Origin: Gracilinanus agilis
Lineage: Eukaryota
Direction: 5' to 3'
Assembly (NCBI RefSeq): GCF_016433145.1
Contig: NC_058132.1
Location: 8,292,523 to 8,356,522, forward strand
Length of the DNA: 64,000 nucleotides
The notes below the pieces were generated by a model. That model did not search any database and had not been told where the DNA came from. It saw nothing but the letters and a program-made list of their open reading frames with translations. Shown here in pieces: positions 49,185-61,369 of the stretch. The translations under genes and the position numbers were made by a program. Positions within the stretch are counted from its first letter, which is position 1; the number at the start of each line of letters is the position of its first letter.

Positions 49185-49916
49185 CTCCTCTAGGTGCCTG
49201 GTCTCCTTAGATCTCTCTGAACCCTCAGTTTCCTTGGGGCCCCTAAAGTCCAGATAACTGTATCGGGTCCTGGTCTTCTCAGGCCTTCTAGGACTTTTGG
49301 TTTCCTCAGAATCTCTGATCTCAGGCTCCTGAGAACTGGCTTGGGTCCTGGTCTTCTCAGTCTCTTCAGGTCCTCCGCTCTCTCCTGAACTTATCTTTAA
49401 AACTGAATCCTTGGTCCCCTCCCATCCCTCTGGATCTCTGATCTCAGTCTCCTCTGAGGTCCAGGTCTCCCCTGACCTCCAGGCCTCCATAGATCTCTCT
49501 GGGTCCCTGGTGTTCTTAGTGTCCCCTGGGTCTCTGATTTCCTTAATCTCCCCTGGACCCTTAGTCTCAGTGTCCCCCAAGGTCTCCCTGTTATCCACAA
49601 TCTCATCTAGCCACCTGACCCCCTGTGGTCTCCTCAGTGTCCTGGAAGCTCTGGTCTCCTTAGTGTCCCCTGGGCTCCTGATCCCTTTCATCTCCTCTGG
49701 GTCCCTATTGTCCTCAATCTCCTTGGATCCCTCTGGGTCCCTAAGCTCAGTCTCTTCTGGGCCCCTGATCTCCTCTTCACTCTCCTCTGGGGTCCTGATT
49801 TCCTCCAACCCCTGTGGGCTACTGGTCTCCTTAGAGCTCTGGGGATCCCTTGCCTCCTCTGATTCCCTGATCCCTGCCGTCCCTAAGTCCTGGAGGGACC
49901 CCTCCCACCTCTTCAT
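49185..49916 (-). CDS. Candidate coding exon, acidic low-complexity repeat domain (244 codons)
   Basis: Pyrimidine-rich acceptor ending at 49921, then AGCC-ATG at 49916. Open frame of about 15 degenerate IRDPEETKE-like units, then donor GAG|GTGTGT at 49185. Confidence 0.5.
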
Positions 49917-50599
49917 GGCTCTGGGATATGGAGATAGAGAGAGGGATGGTCTGTGGGTCCAGGGCAGCTCCTGTTTGGGCTTTGCCTTCATCCAGATCTC
50001 CTCTTTACCCTAGCCCAAGCCAGACCAGGCTCTACCTCACAGAGCCTGGATGACTTCATGGACTCCTGGGAGGCTGGCTTTGGCTCAGTCTGCCCCTTAG
50101 GCTGCCCCCTCTGTCTTTTCTCTCCCCCTCCGAGGCTGAGAGGAAGCCAGAATGTCATGGCTGGAAGGAACCTTGGAGAGAGTTGAGTCCAAGCCCCTCA
50201 TTTGTCAGAGGAGGAGAGTGAGGCCACATCCGGGGTTTCTCCCTGTCTCAGAGTCCCAGTCTGTCTTGTTGCCCCTCTTTTTTGTTGTTGTTGTTTGCCT
50301 GGCTCTCCCCCACCCCCACCCCCCAATGTGGCCAGTATCTCTCTGTCTCTGGGGCTCGGTGCCTCAGCCTCCAGGGGTCTTTCCCTGGTTCTCCGCCCTC
50401 GGCACCTGGGCTTTGGCGGGATCCTTTGGGGCAGAGCATCCACAGACTCCCCACCCCTCACCCCAGGAAGTACAGTGGCTTCCTCCCGTGTCTCAGGCGA
50501 CGCCTGAGGAAGTGGGGGGAAGGGCAGCGACCCGGGGAGGAGAACACCAAGGCTCTTGGTGGCCCACGGTGACTCGGGGGTTGGGGTAGGGTGGAGGTG

Positions 50600-52000
50600 A
50601 TGGGGGGAAGCCTCAGGGGCTGGGACCTCGTGTTGGAGGTGCGCGGGGACAGCAATGGAGACAGCCACGGAGTCGCCGGGTAACGAATAACGGGCTTGGC
50701 GGAGTTCTTCTCTTAATGCTTAGAGATCTCTAGTTGAGATGCAGGAGAGTGCTGGAAGAGGCGGGAGACTCAGACGCTTGGAGAAAGGAGAAAGGGGGGA
50801 GGGGGTTATTTCTTAAGTGCTTAGAGATCCATTTCCGCCGGTGACTGTGAGTGTGAGTGTGAGTGTGAGTGTGCGTGTCGTACGCGCGCGCGCGAGAAAG
50901 CAAGCACAAGGAGGACCGAGGATGCCTTGAGCGTCATCCTTAAGCGTGTGGATTCTCCATTCCAGAGCACTAGTGTGTGTGGGACCTGAAGAGCGGAGTA
51001 AGTTGGCCAGGCGCCCCTCAAGCGCTTAGAGATCCCCCCTGAGCTGAAGGTAAGGTCCGCTCACCTCGTAAGAAGCTCGGCTCAGGCCGGAAGGACCGCG
51101 GGTAGTCTGGGTGGCCGAGCGACCCCTTAGGTTTTGGATGGCTCCTTAGACTCGTGTGCCCGGAGCCACCAGGCAGGCGTGGGGAGGGAGCCGGCTTCCT
51201 CGCCTCCCACCTGCGCAGCGAAGGAGGAGACGCGAACTGCCTGGTGCTCGGAGGGGGCGGGGCCAGGGTCCTAGAGGCCCCTCCCCTGGAAGCCTTGGGT
51301 TTGAGGCTGCTCGCGGTCCCCTCGGACTCCGCCCACGACGCCTCCGCCTCCGAAGTCCGCCACCTTCGGCCCGCTGCTCCCGTCTGGAGAGACCCCGCGT
51401 TCTGTTTTGGGGGTGGTCCCCTAGTTCTGAGTGGGAGCGAGGCGCCTGCGTTCCATGCCGAGGCTCTAGGGGGACTGAGGCAGCCCCCGAGTTCGAAAGC
51501 TGAGTTCTCGCGTTTGTGTCGGGGAATACCTCTTTGGACCTCAGTTTCCCCATTTGCACGATATGGGGGCTGGGCTCCGTCTCAGTGAGCCCCTCAGGAA
51601 GGGGTTCTATACTCCTGGCCTCCCCCTCCTAACTCTTGGGGTCTCTGCACTGTCCCCGCCGGAGCGGGGGATTTGGCCTAGAAAGCTCCGGAAACTGTCC
51701 ATGTGGGCGCTGAGCCGGGGGCCAGATGCTGGGCGAGGGGGGTGGCAGGCCATGCCCGACTCCCCAAACCCTTGTCTCCTTCCTGTCTCCCCAGCCAGGC
51801 ACGGCTCTCTTCCTGTCCGTTTTCGCGCCGCGCACGGGGGGATCCCCTAGTTATTTTGGGAGCTGCCCTTGGGGCTCTGCAGGGTCTGCTTGAAGTTCCA
51901 CCCGCAATGAGCCAGCTGCCTGGGGAGAAGACCTTCTGCCTCGTCGGGGAGGGAGGGGCGGGGCGGGGCGGATCTGGCTGCGGCCAGCCTCTATTCGACT
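50600..52000. promoter_or_regulatory. CpG island, probable bidirectional promoter between CD37 and the SLC6A16-like remnant
   Basis: CpG-dense. Plus donor AAG|GTAAGG (exon end 51049); minus donors GAG|GTGAGC (exon end 51065) and GG|GTGAGG (exon end 50462). Confidence 0.55.
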
Positions 52001-52539
52001 CCAGCTCTGCTTAGCCTTCATCCCCACTTCCATCTTTCCTGTGACATCATCACCCTCCAACAGGCAAGAAAATGTACCGGAAGAAAGGGGTGCGCCGGGG
52101 GCATGGGCCCAGCCTGCCGTGTGACTTCCTTTCCGAGCCTCAGTTTATCCAACTGAGTTCATTTCAGCAGACACAAAGCACTCCTGTTCCCGCCGTCGAC
52201 GATCCAAGAACAGAAAGGAACGTGCCTGCCCTCCAGGAGGCTACTTTCTCCCGAGGGAAACGGAAGCCAAACAAATCCGAACCCGGGAGATGCAAAGGAT
52301 TTCCGGCTGGGGGTGGGAAAGACGGGGTGGTGGAGGTGGCCCAAGAGAGGAGCCTGGGCGCTGGGGAATTGGAGGTTAAGCTGAGGAGCCATTCCAAAAG
52401 CAGGCAGAGGAGAGAATGGGGGGAACCAGGAGAGGAAGCATGAGAAACAATAGGAAATGCCATTCGGGAGCCTGGTGATGGGTACAGGACGGGTTAAAGA
52501 GGCAGAGAGCTCATTAGGAGTCTCCTTCAGTTACTCCCT

Positions 52540-52785
52540 ACTATCATGGATTGGGGCAGTAAGACAGGGTTAGGAAGACCTAAGTTCAAATCCAACCTCA
52601 GGCACTGACTAGCTGTGTGACCCTGGGCAAGCCACTCAGCCCTGTTTGCCTCAGTTTCCTCATCTGTAAAAATTTCCTCATCTGGAAAATGAGCTGGAGA
52701 AGGAAATGGCAAAGCACTCCAGTATCTTGGCCAAGAAAACCCCAAAGGGGCTCCCGGAGAGTCACCCCCAACTGAATAACAAATT
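52540..52785 (+). mobile_element. MAR1-like SINE
   Basis: CORE, then gagctggagaaggaaatggcaaagcactccagtatcttggccaagaaaacccc. Confidence 0.75.
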
Positions 52786-53007
52786 AGGTGCTGGCCACGA
52801 GGATCTGTGCAGCCAGAGATTGGAGATGGAGAGGACTTGGGGGACTGGAAGGATGATGGGCTTGCCTTTGGCAGAAACAGGGAAGGCAGGGAAAGGATGG
52901 ATGTAAAATCTGCATCAGCTTGTTTGTCATCTCAGGGAATGGGGAGGGCAGGGAGGGAGGCTCAGAAGAAGGGAGAGAATTTGGAACTCAAACCTTTAAA
53001 AAAAATG

Positions 53008-53192
53008 AGGGGGCAGCTGGGTAGCTCAGTGGATTGAGAGTTAGGCCTAGAGATGGGAGGTCCCAAGTTCAAATCCGGCCTCAGACACTTCCCAGCTGTG
53101 TGACCCTGGGCAAGTCACTTGACCTCTATTGCCCATCCTTACTACTCTTCCACTAAGGAGCCAATACACAGAAGTTAAGGGTTTGAAAAAAA
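53008..53192 (+). mobile_element. SINE1_Mdo-like, full length
   Basis: ggggcagctgggtagctcagtggattgagag...gaagttaagggtttgaaaaaaa. Confidence 0.85.
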
Positions 53193-54602
53193 TGAATGTT
53201 AAAATTGTTTTCATGTATAATAGGAGGAAAAAATAAAATATTATTTAAAAAATGAAAACATCCCTAGTAAAATGTCTTCTTGGTTTAAAAAAAAATAAGG
53301 ATGGATGTAGGGGGAGGGAGAATGAATTCTATTTGGGGGCTTGATCACCAAGAGCCTCTGTTTCCCAGGGTCTATCCAGGATCTTGTGGCAGCCACAGTA
53401 TACAGAGCACTGGACGTGGAGTCAGGAAGGGCTGACCTCAGACACTCCCTAGCTCTGGGACCCTAGGCATGTGACAACTTCTGTTTCCTCACCTGTAAAA
53501 TGGGTATACTAGTAGTCTCCCAGGGCTGTCATGAGGAATGAATGAGATGCTATTTATAAAGCACTTTGGGATCCAGGGCACCGGGGACAAGACCTGATCC
53601 CACAGAGGTTGTTTCCTCTTCTGAGATCTGTTGGGTCTGTAACCCAGAGACAGAGAGAAGAGTAGTGAGACAACAGGATAGAAAGACGGAGGTAGCCAGA
53701 CTCTCCCTCAGACAATCTGGAGAGAGTACGGGGGTGGGGGGATTTGTGGTAGGATCTAATGAGAAAGCATTTTAAAAGCGCTCATGATGAGAAAATTCTA
53801 GGAATGCAATGACCAAAGTGAGGGATTCCCTGCCTGTCAGGAGCCTTTAATCCCGGAGAGGAGAAAACTGAGCGAGAACGCTCGTACTTGAAGAGCAATC
53901 ACAAGGAGGAAGGTGGGTTAGACAATCTGCTTCACCTGGGGAGCCACAGAGGATGTTGCAGCTGGGCAGATTTTGGCTTCCTGTAAGTGTAAGATGTAAT
54001 AAATCTCCATAGCATCACTGCCTTACATAGACAGGAATAGTGAATGGAAGAGTTCCTCAGAGTGCAAACCGCGTTTGTGCCACTAGGGGTCGCGCCGAAC
54101 TCTAAGCTGCTCCAGCTCCTTTCACATATCTTAAAGTATGTGTGGTAGGTCTCCATTTGGGTCCTCACAGCTTCAAGTCCATGTTCACTGCCCATGGGAG
54201 AAGAGACTGTCCTGGATCCCACAGCACTCCCAGCCTGCCTTGGAAATCAGATCAAATGGTCTCTCATCTCAGAGTCTATAGTTGTATGCATAAAGATGGT
54301 CATAACTTAATATCTCATAACTTCACCAAAATGGCTCAGCCCTCATCCCACCAAGATTCTTATCTCCTTCCCACTTTCACATGACCCATTTAGCTTAGAG
54401 ACTAGACAACCATCACAGAATAGAATTGGAAAGCATTTTAGAGTTCGAAAATGCCTAACAACCTGCCTCCTATAGCATGAGCTGGATTCCCAACTCCATT
54501 CCTTTTAATATATTGAGCTTTTAGCTACATTTTCTCCAAAAGATCATGTGTGCAGAAGAAGTAATCCGGCACCTCCCAGTATTCAAAGGTGACTCCCCCT
54601 AG

Positions 54603-54790
54603 GAGGGTGCAGCTAGGTGGCACAGGGAATAGAGAGTCAGACCTAAAGTTGAGAGGACCAGAGTTCAAATCTGGCCTCAGATCCTTTCCAACTGTGTGAC
54701 CCTGGGCAAGTCACTTAACCTCCCTTGCTTAACTCTTGCCCTTCTGTCTTAGAATTGTTACTAGGACAGAAGGTAAAAGTTTAAAAAGAA
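54603..54790 (+). mobile_element. CORE-SINE
   Basis: gcagctaggtggcacagggaatagagag...gagttcaaat...gtgtgaccctgggcaagtcacttaac. Confidence 0.8.
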
Positions 54791-55366
54791 AATGGTGACC
54801 CCTGGCTTCTAGCGGTCACTGGAGAGAGACGCTCATGCTGGTCCCCAGCTCAGGTCTCCACTGACAATCCTGTCCCCTTCAGTCCCTGTTCTTCAGCCCA
54901 AGCTCCATGTGCAAGTTACACGTGTTCTCTGGGCACGTGCATTTCTCAACAACACCCTTATTTTTGGCACCTTCTTGGGTTAATCCCACACAAATGACAA
55001 AGATTTCGTGTCTCTTTTAAGACTTCAAGATGGAAATAAGACAGAAACTTAAAGGACAGAAGAGTCAGCTGAAGCCATCTCAAACACTGCTTCCAAAAGG
55101 AAAAGCATCCCAATCATGGGAGTCACTCCGAAATTAGAGCAGGCTGCCTTGGGAAGGACTGGCTTCCCCTCCCTGGAGGCTGGAGGGCCATTGGATGTGG
55201 TGGGGGGATTCTTATTCAGGTCCCACTTGACTCAGGTGGTAGAAAAGCTCAGACACTTTGGGGGGCACCTTCAGTTTGGAGGTTTTGTGACTGGCTGGCA
55301 TAAGGGCGTTTGGGGGTAAAATAGAGGGAGGGATAAAAAGGTGTCCCCCTTTTCACTCTCCCCCAG

Positions 55367-56590
55367 AATGCATGGAAACTGCATAGCTGATAGAGGCTGG
55401 GGAGCTGCCCAAAGACAGGTGGCCTGTCTGAGAAGCCGGCCAACGCCTACGCCATGTGGCTGAACCAACTTGGCACAGAGCTGAGCACCAGGGTCCTGAA
55501 TTATGGACCTCGATGCAAGATGGAGACTGAGTTTATTGATGTCTGTGGGGACTCTGGGAGAGTGGCGGAGCCCAAAGGAAGAGGACTGGGAAACTGATGG
55601 GGAGAGGCGTCACCCTGGGGGACTGGTTTGAGTTCATCGGAGGCCTGGGTGATCTATCACCTCCATGGCCCACAGGAAGTGATAGGCCCCTGCCTGGCCT
55701 TTGTGGCCTTCACTGGGGCTCAGACCATGTTCCCAGGTGCCTCTGCCTGGTCTGTCCTCTTTCTAATGTTCATCGGCCTGGGGCTGAGAGGGATGATAGG
55801 ACTCATGGGAGGGTCCTGACCTCTCTGCAGGAAACCTTCCGTCACCTACTACAGTGCGATCTTGCCCTCACCAGTAGGCATTGGCCTGACCTCAGCCCCC
55901 CTCCTCTGTGATGCTAGGGATCTCTTGACCCCTAGCATGGCTCTGCCCCTTACTGTGGCCTCCAGCTTGACCCTTCCTCATCTCTTCCCTGCTCTGTGAC
56001 CATCTGGTTCTTGGGCTTTCACCCAGCGCTCAGACCCACTTCCCAACTGTGTTTCATGACTCCGTGGCTGCCATGTCTGTCTTTTCGTGGTCGTCTTTGA
56101 GAACATCAGTGTGACCTGGTTGTGTGGGGCCAAAAGGTGACCAAGGCCAGAGGAGAGATGAGCCACCGTGGGGCCTCAGAACCCAGGGAGACTCAGGAGA
56201 GGGTCAGAGAGCCGTGTGAATAGGCAGATGGCCCAAAGGATGCCCAAAGACACGTTGGCAGATGCAGGGAGACTCTGGGAACTAGGAGAACCTCAGAGAG
56301 CCTGTTATACCCAGAGAGACCCAGGGGGCACTTGGGAGACTTAGGGAGGCCCTGGGGGTCTGCTCTGTGGGCCTGCCTGCCCCTTCCAGCTCAGGCTTCG
56401 AGGCCTCGGCCATGCCTCCCTTTAGGTTCTTGGGGGATGCTCAGTTCATGGTGCCATACGAGGAGGCAGTTCTCTCCTACTCTCTGCTGTGGGGCTGAAC
56501 CTCCTTTGGGTTGGCGAGCCTGATCACTGCCAGCCTGTTGCACCTAGAAGTAAAGCAATCACTCCTTCTGCTATGTCTGGGACTCCAACT
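55367..56590 (+). pseudogene. SLC6A16/SLC6A21-like orphan Na/Cl-dependent transporter, disabled 3' exons
   Basis: Four exon remnants: 55367-55540 (LIEAGELPKD...AYAMWLNQL...CKMETEFID), 55676-55873 (GPCLAFVAFT...WSVLFLM...VLTSLQETF), about 55990-56136 (FTQRS...VVVFENISVTWLCGAK) and 56426-56590 (RFLGD...VWDSN). They resemble recalled human SLC6A16 in order and intron positions. Each needs at least one frameshift, and there is an in-frame TGA at 56496. Position and orientation (divergent from CD37) match SLC6A16. Confidence 0.8.
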
Positions 56591-59269
56591 GAGCTTGGGG
56601 AGTGAGGGGAGGTATTCCCGCTCCACAGGGACCCAGTCATCCTCCCTTCACTGGGTCCTCTCAGGGGCCCAGGATCCACCCCCTTCACCTCTTCCCATGA
56701 CTCCTTCTCTGAAGAGACTCCAGAACCTCCCTCCCTTCTTCCCCAGGGATCCCCTACTCTGCTCCTGTTCCTTTGGGGGCCCAGACAACCCTTTCTCCTC
56801 TTCCTCTCCTCTCCGTGATCCAAAAGTCTCTTTCCTCTCAGGGACCCAGGAGTCCCCTTTCCCTCTCTCCTGTCAGGAACTTAAGCATCCTTTTCTCCTC
56901 TCCTCTAGGGGCCCCAGGCGTTCTTTCTTGCGGGATCTGGTGACAGAATGTCTGGGACCCTGAAGAGAAGGGGAAGGAAGAAAGGCCCATAGTTGCCAGG
57001 TCGAGTGCTCTAGGCCTGCATCCAGGCCTACTAAGCTGCCCTACTTCTTTAGGGTCCCAGGCGTCCTGAACCCAGCCTTGGCCTCTGGAATCCAATTTCC
57101 CTGCACCTACTCCACCAAGACGAGGTATATATATATATGTACGGCCTCCAGTGCCGTGCCTGGCACATAGTAGGTGCTTGATAAATACCTGATTCCTGCC
57201 TGATCATTAGAAACAATTTCCCTTACCTTCCTCTCCTTCCCCTCCAGGCAATTCCCCTTTTCTTTCCCTTTCCATTCTTCTTCCAAGATTATCAGGCCAG
57301 AAGAGAACCAAGGCAGCTGCTCCTTTTCCTTTTTCTTTTTTATCTCTCTGGACTACGGACCCAGTAGCGGTAGATCATAAAGGTCTGTGGAGAAGGATCT
57401 TTTTGCCGGACTCTTCTCAGGGCTCCTTTTGGTGGGCTGCGCCCCAGGGATGCCCCTGAGAGTCTGAAGGATTTTCAATACGAGCCCCTATCAGGTACGT
57501 TCTCCAAGATCAGTCGGCCCGCCAGATTTAGCTTTTCAAAAGGGGGCATTGACAGAGAAAGTAGCCCAGAATCCCCTCCAATGTATGGGACCCAAACCAA
57601 AGCCAGGGGAAAGTGGACTCAAACAGAGACCACATGGCATAAGGGACAATTCCAGCGCCTGGGTAGATGACAACCCCTTTTTTCTTTGGGGAGCCCTCAG
57701 GAAGTTCCCCCAGGTATTGGGGGGCCTCTCCCTGGGCCCTGAATATCAGCTCCCCGGTAGAGATGGTAGAAGCTTCATTTCTTTCCGTGACCCCTGAAGT
57801 TCCTTCCCCCCAGGTTCCCCGATCCTCATCTATCTCTTCTTGGTTGGATGAGTTTCCAGGGGTGAGTGGAGGGGCAGCGAAACACTGGGCAAATGCCTTC
57901 CCTTCTCTGATGTTCCTAGGCCAGAGGTGTGTCTAAATCTCCCAAGCAATCCCAAGACATTTCCTCCAGTGGCTCAAAACACTTTCCCCCTCACACCTCA
58001 TCGACTACTTTTGCTTGATTGCTTGATTCAATTGAGGTGAAGAGAGCGCTTGTTGGGACCTAGTGTACACGCTAGAATGATTCTGTAACTCAGTGAAAGG
58101 GTAGCAGCTGGACGTGGAATCAGGAAGACCCGAATTCCAATCGAGCTGTGTTACCCTGGGCAAGTCATTCAACCTGTCTGCCTCAGTTTCCTGATCTGTA
58201 AAATGGGGATAACAACAGCACCTACCTCCCAGGGTTGTTGCAAGGCTCAAATGAGATAAGAGTGGGACAGTACTTTGCAAACCTTAAAGGTCTCTAAATG
58301 CTAGTTCTTCTTCTTGTTGATTGTAGAAGATCACATTAGCGACACCCTTGAAGAAATAGCATTGTAGAAAATATTTGACTTATAGTCAATGCTACGGCAG
58401 ATCCCTAGCTTCCTTCCAAGTTCCACTCGAGGGGTATTTCCCACAAAGGGCTTTTCCTGACCTCCATTGCTAGTATTTTCCTCCATCCCTCGAAGCTCCT
58501 TCACATCACCTTGGTATTTAATCAGTCCAACCAGGAAGCATTTATTAGCAATTGCTCTGTGCCAGCCCACTTGTAGGGAGGCTGTCCGTTGGGGTGTTGG
58601 GTGGGTGCCCCCAAATGGATCTAGCCAGACGTGGCTCCCAAGGAGGCAAGGAAAGGTATTTCGAGATAACCACGACATGGGTGGGCTCCTCCCATCGCCC
58701 TTGTCCAAAGGACGGAGCCAGAGGCTGGCTGCTCTGCTCTCCTCCTCAGAGGAGGGAGTCCTGGGCTAGGGTGACCTTCATCTTCTCCCTTAAATATGAT
58801 TAGTGAAGAGGAAAGAATTCTTAGGTTAAAATGGCCCTCAATGGAGAAGGAGTGCCCCGAGCTCTATATCCAGTAATGTCACTGCCTTCCCCCCAGTGCC
58901 AGTTTATTAACGAATGGATATAGCAAATGGTAAATAAACTCATTTATCTGAGTCAAGAGCAAAACTGAAGTCAGAGAAAGTATACACAGGAGAAAAGCTA
59001 CCAGATAATCCACAAGGGGAAATGAATGCTCCCATTGGGAGAATGATTATCTCCATCAACCAAGAGAGGGCATCGTGGCTCTCACCCAAGGGGAGACTCT
59101 GGGGCGAGTCTAGTGTGGACAGCTGGGGTAGAGGGCAGGACGGAAGCGCCAGCCCCTTTCCGTGTTGGTTTCTTCCCAGAGCTGAGAAGAGTCTGGAACT
59201 GCATGTCTTCTTGCTTGGAGTCTCTCTTCTTTCCAGCCCAACCAACTCTTTTTTTTGTTTGTTTTGTTT

Positions 59270-59905
59270 TGTTTTTATTTGCAAGATTTTATTTAATTAA
59301 TTGATTTAGAATATTTTTCCATGCTTACATGATTCATGTTCTTTCCCTCTCTTCCTCCCACCCCCCTCTCATAGCCAACAAGCAATTCCACTGGGTTTTA
59401 CATGTGTCATTGATCCAGACCAATTTCCATATTATTGATATTTGCACTAGGGTGACTGTTTAGAGTCTACATCCCCAATCATGTCCCCATCGACCCATCT
59501 GATCAGGCAATTGTTTTTCTTCTGTGTTTCTACTCCCACAGTTCTTTCTCTGGACGTGAATAGTTTTCTTTCTCATAAGTCCCTCAGAATTGTCCTGGAT
59601 TATTGCATTGCTGCTAGTAGAGAAGTCCATTACATTCTTTTTTACCACAGTGTGTCAGTCTCTATGTACAATTTTCTCCTGGTTCTTCTCCTTTCACTCT
59701 GCATCAATTCCTGGAGGTCTTTCCAGTTCACATGGAATTCCTCCAGTTTATTATTCCTTTGAGCACAATAGTATTCCATCACCAGCATATACCACAGTTT
59801 GTTCAGCCATTCCCCAATTGAAGGGCAGACTCTCATTTTCCAAATTTTTGCCACCATAAAGAGTACAGCTATGAATATTTTGTATGTCTTTTTCTTTATT
59901 TCCTT
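59270..59905 (-). mobile_element. L1 3' end
   Basis: Minus ORF CPSIGEWLNKLWYMLVMEYYCAQRNNKLEEFHVNWKDLQELM, 3'UTR and T-rich tail. Confidence 0.85.
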
Positions 59906-60089
59906 TTTCCCTGTATAAACCCAGCAGTGGTATCAGCCCAATCAACTCTGACTCTCATGAAGCTAAGCTCAAAGCACTAAGTGATCACTCTCAACCACTA
60001 TGGATAGTCTCCTATAAATGGCATTTGAGCCACAGCTTACTGATGGGCCCTTTAGGATTCAATTCAACATTGAACCCCTCCAATGGGCC

Positions 60090-60740
60090 AGGCACTGTTC
60101 TAAGGGATCTAAAAAGAGTAAAGATGGTCCTGACCTCAAGGAGCTTCCAGTCGACTAGAGGAGACAACCTGTAAGTCAGGATGACTCCTAGGGTGTAAGC
60201 CTGAGGAACTCAGATGATGGTGTTGTCCTCCACAGGAATAGAGAAGGTTGGAGGTGAGGAGGATTTAGGGGGAAAGATAACAAGCTTTGTTTTGGACATA
60301 CTGGGTTTAAGATGTCTACTGGACGTCCAGTTAAAAATGCAAGATTGGAGGTCAGTAGAGAGAGAGGTTGATTTGGAAATCATCAGCATAAATATGGCCA
60401 TTAAATCCATGGCAGCTGAGGAGATGACCAAGTAAAGTGGTCTAGAGAGAGCAGAGAAGAGGGCAGAGGACAGAACCTTGAGGGACCCTTTTGGTGAGAG
60501 GTTGTTATCTGTATGAGGATCCAGCAAAGGAGACAGAGAAGGAATGGTCAGAGAAGCAGGAGGAAAACCAGGAGAGAATGAGAGATCCTGAAAACCTAAG
60601 AGAGAAGAGGATATCAAGGAGGAGAGAGTGATCACCTGTATCAAAGGCTTCAGAAAGATCCAGGAGAATGAGGACTGAGAAAGGGTTGTTGTATTTGACA
60701 GCTAAAAGATCACTGGTCACTTTGGAGAAAGCAGTTGGTT
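60090..60740 (-). mobile_element. LINE-2 RT fragment
   Basis: Minus ORF FSVLILLDLSEAFDTGDHSLLL...SWFSS. Confidence 0.85.
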
Positions 60741-60779
60741 AAATGTGAAATAGTCCCTGTCCTTAAGGAGTTCACATTC

Positions 60780-60970
60780 CTTTTTTTTTTACTTCCTATC
60801 TTAGTTCTGAGTATCTGTGCTAAGGCAGAAGAATGGAAAGGGTTAAGCAATGCGGGTTAAGTGCTTTGTCCAGGGTCAAACAAGGCTAGGAAGTGACTGA
60901 GGCCAGATTTGAACCCAAGACCTCTCCTTTCCAGGCCTGGCTCTCTATCCATTGAGCAATCTAGCTTCCC
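60780..60970 (-). mobile_element. CORE-SINE
   Basis: gggttaagtgctttgtccagggtca...gatttgaacccaagacc. Confidence 0.75.
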
Positions 60971-61369
60971 CAAGTCCAATGCTTTTTAAATATCATAAAG
61001 CAAATTCTTAAAAGAGAAGCAACCAAGAATAAATCCACTATTCCACAAATGGACTCCTACATATGTTTAAATTAGGGCAGAACTAAACTAAATCTCTGGT
61101 TAAATGCTTGTAAGCTGCCAGACTGGGGGCTCTGAGCTATTATGATACTATTACTCACTTAATAAAAACTTCCTAAAGGAGAAGAAAGAGCCTCATGGAC
61201 CTAATAGTCCATCACATTGCTCTGGTTAAAATGAACTGATATCATAACCTTGTAACTGATTACATCTCCAGAGACCAAGGGAAGAAGTTAGGAAAGGATG
61301 ATGAGAATTCTTATTGGTTAACTTCACCATTTCAATCTCCCTCTGAAACACCAGTATTTAGCGCTGTTA

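Noticed and set aside
49411-50013. 200-aa Ser/Leu-rich plus ORF
   Set aside because: Antisense shadow of the repeat exon; the splice and Kozak signals favour the minus strand.
53930-55000. Possible further SLC6A16 exons (VAAGQILAS, FLNNTLIFG)
   Set aside because: Similarity too weak, and no consistent splice phases.
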